Positions 60,743-64,000 of a stretch of DNA of 64,000 bases are shown here, piece after piece (positions within the stretch are counted from its first letter, which is position 1; every line of letters begins with the position of its first letter). The notes under the pieces were generated by a model, which was given only the letters and a program-made list of their open reading frames with translations, was not told the DNA's origin and did not search any database. The stretch is taken from assembly GCA_020137815.1 (NCBI GenBank), contig CM035354.1, positions 6,138,001 to 6,202,000 on the forward strand, written 5' to 3'. This DNA comes from Hormiphora californensis (taxonomy: Eukaryota; Animalia; Ctenophora). The position numbers and the translations under genes are program-made.

Positions 60743-62913
60743 ATGAATGGAATGGAGAATGTCGCAGGTCTGGAGATGCAGATGAACAACATGTTTGAGT
60801 TGCACAAACAGATGACAACTGGTGCCATGCCCACCGCAATGAACCAGTTCAGTATGCACTCTGAACTACTCCCTCAGCAGCAGGCAATACTCTCCCAGCA
60901 ACACATCCTGTCTCAACAGTTTGCTGCCCAGTCTCCCGTCCCCCACTCCCCAATGGGCAGCCAACCCGCCCGGGGCAGGGGTATCAATGCAAATCAATTG
61001 AAGATAGATAACAGGAAACGGAAAAGGAAAGATCCAAACCGACCTAAACGAGCCATGACACCGTACTTTTTCTTTGCGGCGGAGTACAGGAATAGTTTGA
61101 GAAGAGAGGGCAAGCCTGTTCCAGGAGTAAAAGAGGTAAGACATACTAGCTATAATACTCCGAGGTAACTTGTTTTTCAAGCCCCCCCCCCTTTTCCTCC
61201 CTTCCCTTCCCCCTTCCTAACCTTCCTAACCTTCCCTCCCCCCGCAGGTTGCCCAGTACTGTGGACCAAAATGGAATTCCATGGCAGAGGAGGAACGAAG
61301 ACCATTTGTAGAGTCCGCTGAACGAGATAGACAGAGGTACCTGGAGGAGATGAATATCTACAAAAAACCACGTGATGAGGACAAACCTAAACGGCCCGCC
61401 AGCGCTTACTTCCACTTCCTGGTTGATTTCCGTAAGAAGATGGCGGGTAAACCACTCCCAGAACACACCACCATCCCCAAACTGAGTGGAGCTCTGTGGC
61501 AGAAGATGACCGAGGATGAGAGGAGGCCGTATAATGAGAAAATGGAGCAGGAGAAGAAGGTGTATGAGCAGAAGTTGGCTGATTACAGAAAGGTAAGGGT
61601 TTGGAATTGTGTCAAGATTGTATGTTCTAGAAGCCCAGCCCCTTAAAATCTAGCTCTCTTTCTATCTCTCCTTTTTTCTTCTCTCTACCTCTCTTTTTTT
61701 CCTTAGCTCTCTTTTTCTTTCTCTCTAGCTCTTTTTCTCTCTCTCTCTCTCTCACTCCCTCTCTCCCCCCTCTCTCTCTCACGAGTTTCCTGGAGCCTGA
61801 TAAGGTGCAGTACTACACTAGTAAAATACCAATCACCCTCTAGGTCTGACCCTAATTGCCGCACCCAATGTCTTCCTAAATACTCCCGCCCTACTACCTA
61901 ACTAGAGTGTTAACTTGTGTGGCTCACACCGCATTTCGATAGATCAACAGTTAACCTTATTAACAAGAAAGCACCAAGATACTGGTACTAAATCAATTAA
62001 ATTAACAGAAACAGCTAACCATAACCTTTCTCCCCACCAGATGAAAGCAGAGGAGGCGATCAAGCTAGCGGAGAAGACGAAGCCAGAGGACGGAGGAGTC
62101 GGTGGAGGGTATTCCGAGTACACTGCCCCTCCTGCCTCGACCCCGGTAACGATACCAGCTGCCAGCGCTGCCTCTTCCTCCGCAACCACTTCCACCCCGC
62201 AACTTACCATGCCCCAGATACCCGCTGAGTACACCGATATCAACCGCCAACTCCAGATGGTATAGTGTGACGAGATACTACACTCCCCCCCCCCCCATTA
62301 ACATGCCCCCCCCCCATTAACATGCCCCCCCCCCCTCCCCATTAACATGCCCCCCTAAATTAGCGTTAACCCGGATTGACACCCCCCCCCCCCTTGAAGT
62401 AACTAATAACCCCCATTAACCCCCGCTCCTCAAGCCCGTTTATCCGCCCTATCACGGACCCACCCTCCACTATATATCCCCACATGACGCTTTTTTGTGA
62501 TAACCCTATTCCTCGTGACACCTGTATTGGGTTACAAATGTGCAATTGTTATTTAATGTTCTTGGGTGCTGTGTTCATTATTCGCTCTTTGCAAATGTCC
62601 CCCCTCCCCTCCCTGTAACCCCTGGGGATGCTGATACCCCTCCCCCCTCATTGTGCTGCTGTGTTCCTAACCCCCTCCCTCCCCTTCCCAGATGAGTAAC
62701 CAGATGAACAGCCAGAACAAGGCGATCAGCTGGCAGGAGCAGTTCCAAACAATGCAGGCGGCCCAGGTAGTCCAACACTTCAACAACTACTCAAACTACT
62801 ACAATAACTCTCCCTCAAGTGCAAGTGGCGCCTCCGCAGCCGACCCAGCAGCCCAACTATTACAAAGTTTAGCCCCCGTACAAGACACTAAAGCGGCAGC
62901 CACCCCACGGTAG
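60743..62913 (+). CDS. Two-HMG-box protein (HMGB/DSP1-like) with Gln-rich N- and C-terminal extensions
   Basis: Exons 60743-61135, 61248-61592, 62041-62259 and 62692-62913. Box 1: KDPNRPKRAMTPYFFF...WNSMAEEERRPF. Box 2: DKPKRPASAYFHF...WQKMTEDERRPY. Confidence 0.9.
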
Positions 62914-64000
62914 ATTATATCTCTACCACCATCGCACCACCCTCCCCGAGTATAGTGCTGCGTGTGTGAGTGTGTGATAATTGGACGTAATAGTGTGCCC
63001 CTAATTACACCTGCATAATTTAACACGCGAGAGAGAGAGAGAAAGGGACATTACAGCCTCTTAATAACAGTTCACCCCCTGGCAACTGGCTGTCAGGGTG
63101 TGAGATATGTACCCCATATATATAACGTCGTGGTAACAGCAAAATATACCTTTTAGTTAGAGAGAACAAGAAAGTAGGCCTTAACATGTTCATACCCCTT
63201 CATTTTTGAAGATTTCACCCCACTCATTTATTGTATTTACACAGCCCCCTGGTAAAGAGGCACATCTTAATAACACATTTACAGTTTTATCTTATACATA
63301 CACACACCCACATCATTAACCACCCCTCCTTATGCCGCGAGTTTTGTTTTTGAGTTTCAAGTGTGTGAGAGAGATCACACACCCACTAGATATGAGAGAG
63401 TGTTAAGTTAAGAGAAGTGTTACAATAATAATCTCTATTAGATTTTTAATCTTTTTTCTTTACCTTGCGTGAGGACCTTTGCATGAACAAGACTATACAA
63501 GAAGAGAAAGAGGGAGAAAGTATTATTAATGGGTGAAAGGGAGAGAGAGAGAATTCCAACTGTCTGTTGGGGTTGAAGTTTGTGTTGGTTGTTGATTGAG
63601 TCGGATATTTTTAAAGACAACAAAGAGTCGAGAGAGAGAAAATTGTGAGAGAAAAGGGGCCAAGAGAATGATAATTGATAAAAAGAGTGAAAGATATTTA
63701 TGAGATAATTCGGAGTTATTATTTTCACGCCTATTTTTGAATGAGAAAGGAACAGCACATACCGCGAAAGAGATACCGGTACACCTCCAAATATATTGTT
63801 TGTAGGAGTACTGATATCCACAGTACATCATTATACACAGTGTGTTGTGTGTGTGTGCCTGTTTTGTTAGTACAGGATGTGTATAACGTACTGGTGTTAA
63901 CGTTAATATTTACCCCCCGAAAATATCCGACTATCTTACTTCCACAAGGGCTAATCTCTCTTAGTGGGAGATGGGAGTTAGGTAGTTAGAGGAAAATGTG

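Overview
Gene-dense, intron-containing animal genomic DNA with short introns, (AG)n microsatellites and many MITEs. The style suggests a ctenophore (Pleurobrachia-like); this is an inference and cannot be proven from the window. Genes in order: 3' part of an EFCAB6-like EF-hand gene (+) with one or two antisense genes nested in its large intron, TIMELESS (+), EIF3L (+), WASP/N-WASP (-), a secreted 3xIg+TSP1 protein (+), V-ATPase subunit a (-), SRD5A-type steroid reductase (-), RNASEH2B (+), a small secreted orphan peptide (-), EIF3J (+), TEAD (-), two tandem intronless flavin monooxygenases (+) and a two-HMG-box gene (+). The standout is the FMO pair. Both resemble marine-bacterial trimethylamine monooxygenase (Tmm/mFMO) end to end, yet they sit between animal genes, carry splice-acceptor-like leaders and were duplicated together with the 5' end of the HMG gene. 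They are a candidate horizontally acquired TMAO/DMSO-producing system. Several stretches show frameshifts and homopolymer noise typical of sequencing error. Exon boundaries were read by eye.
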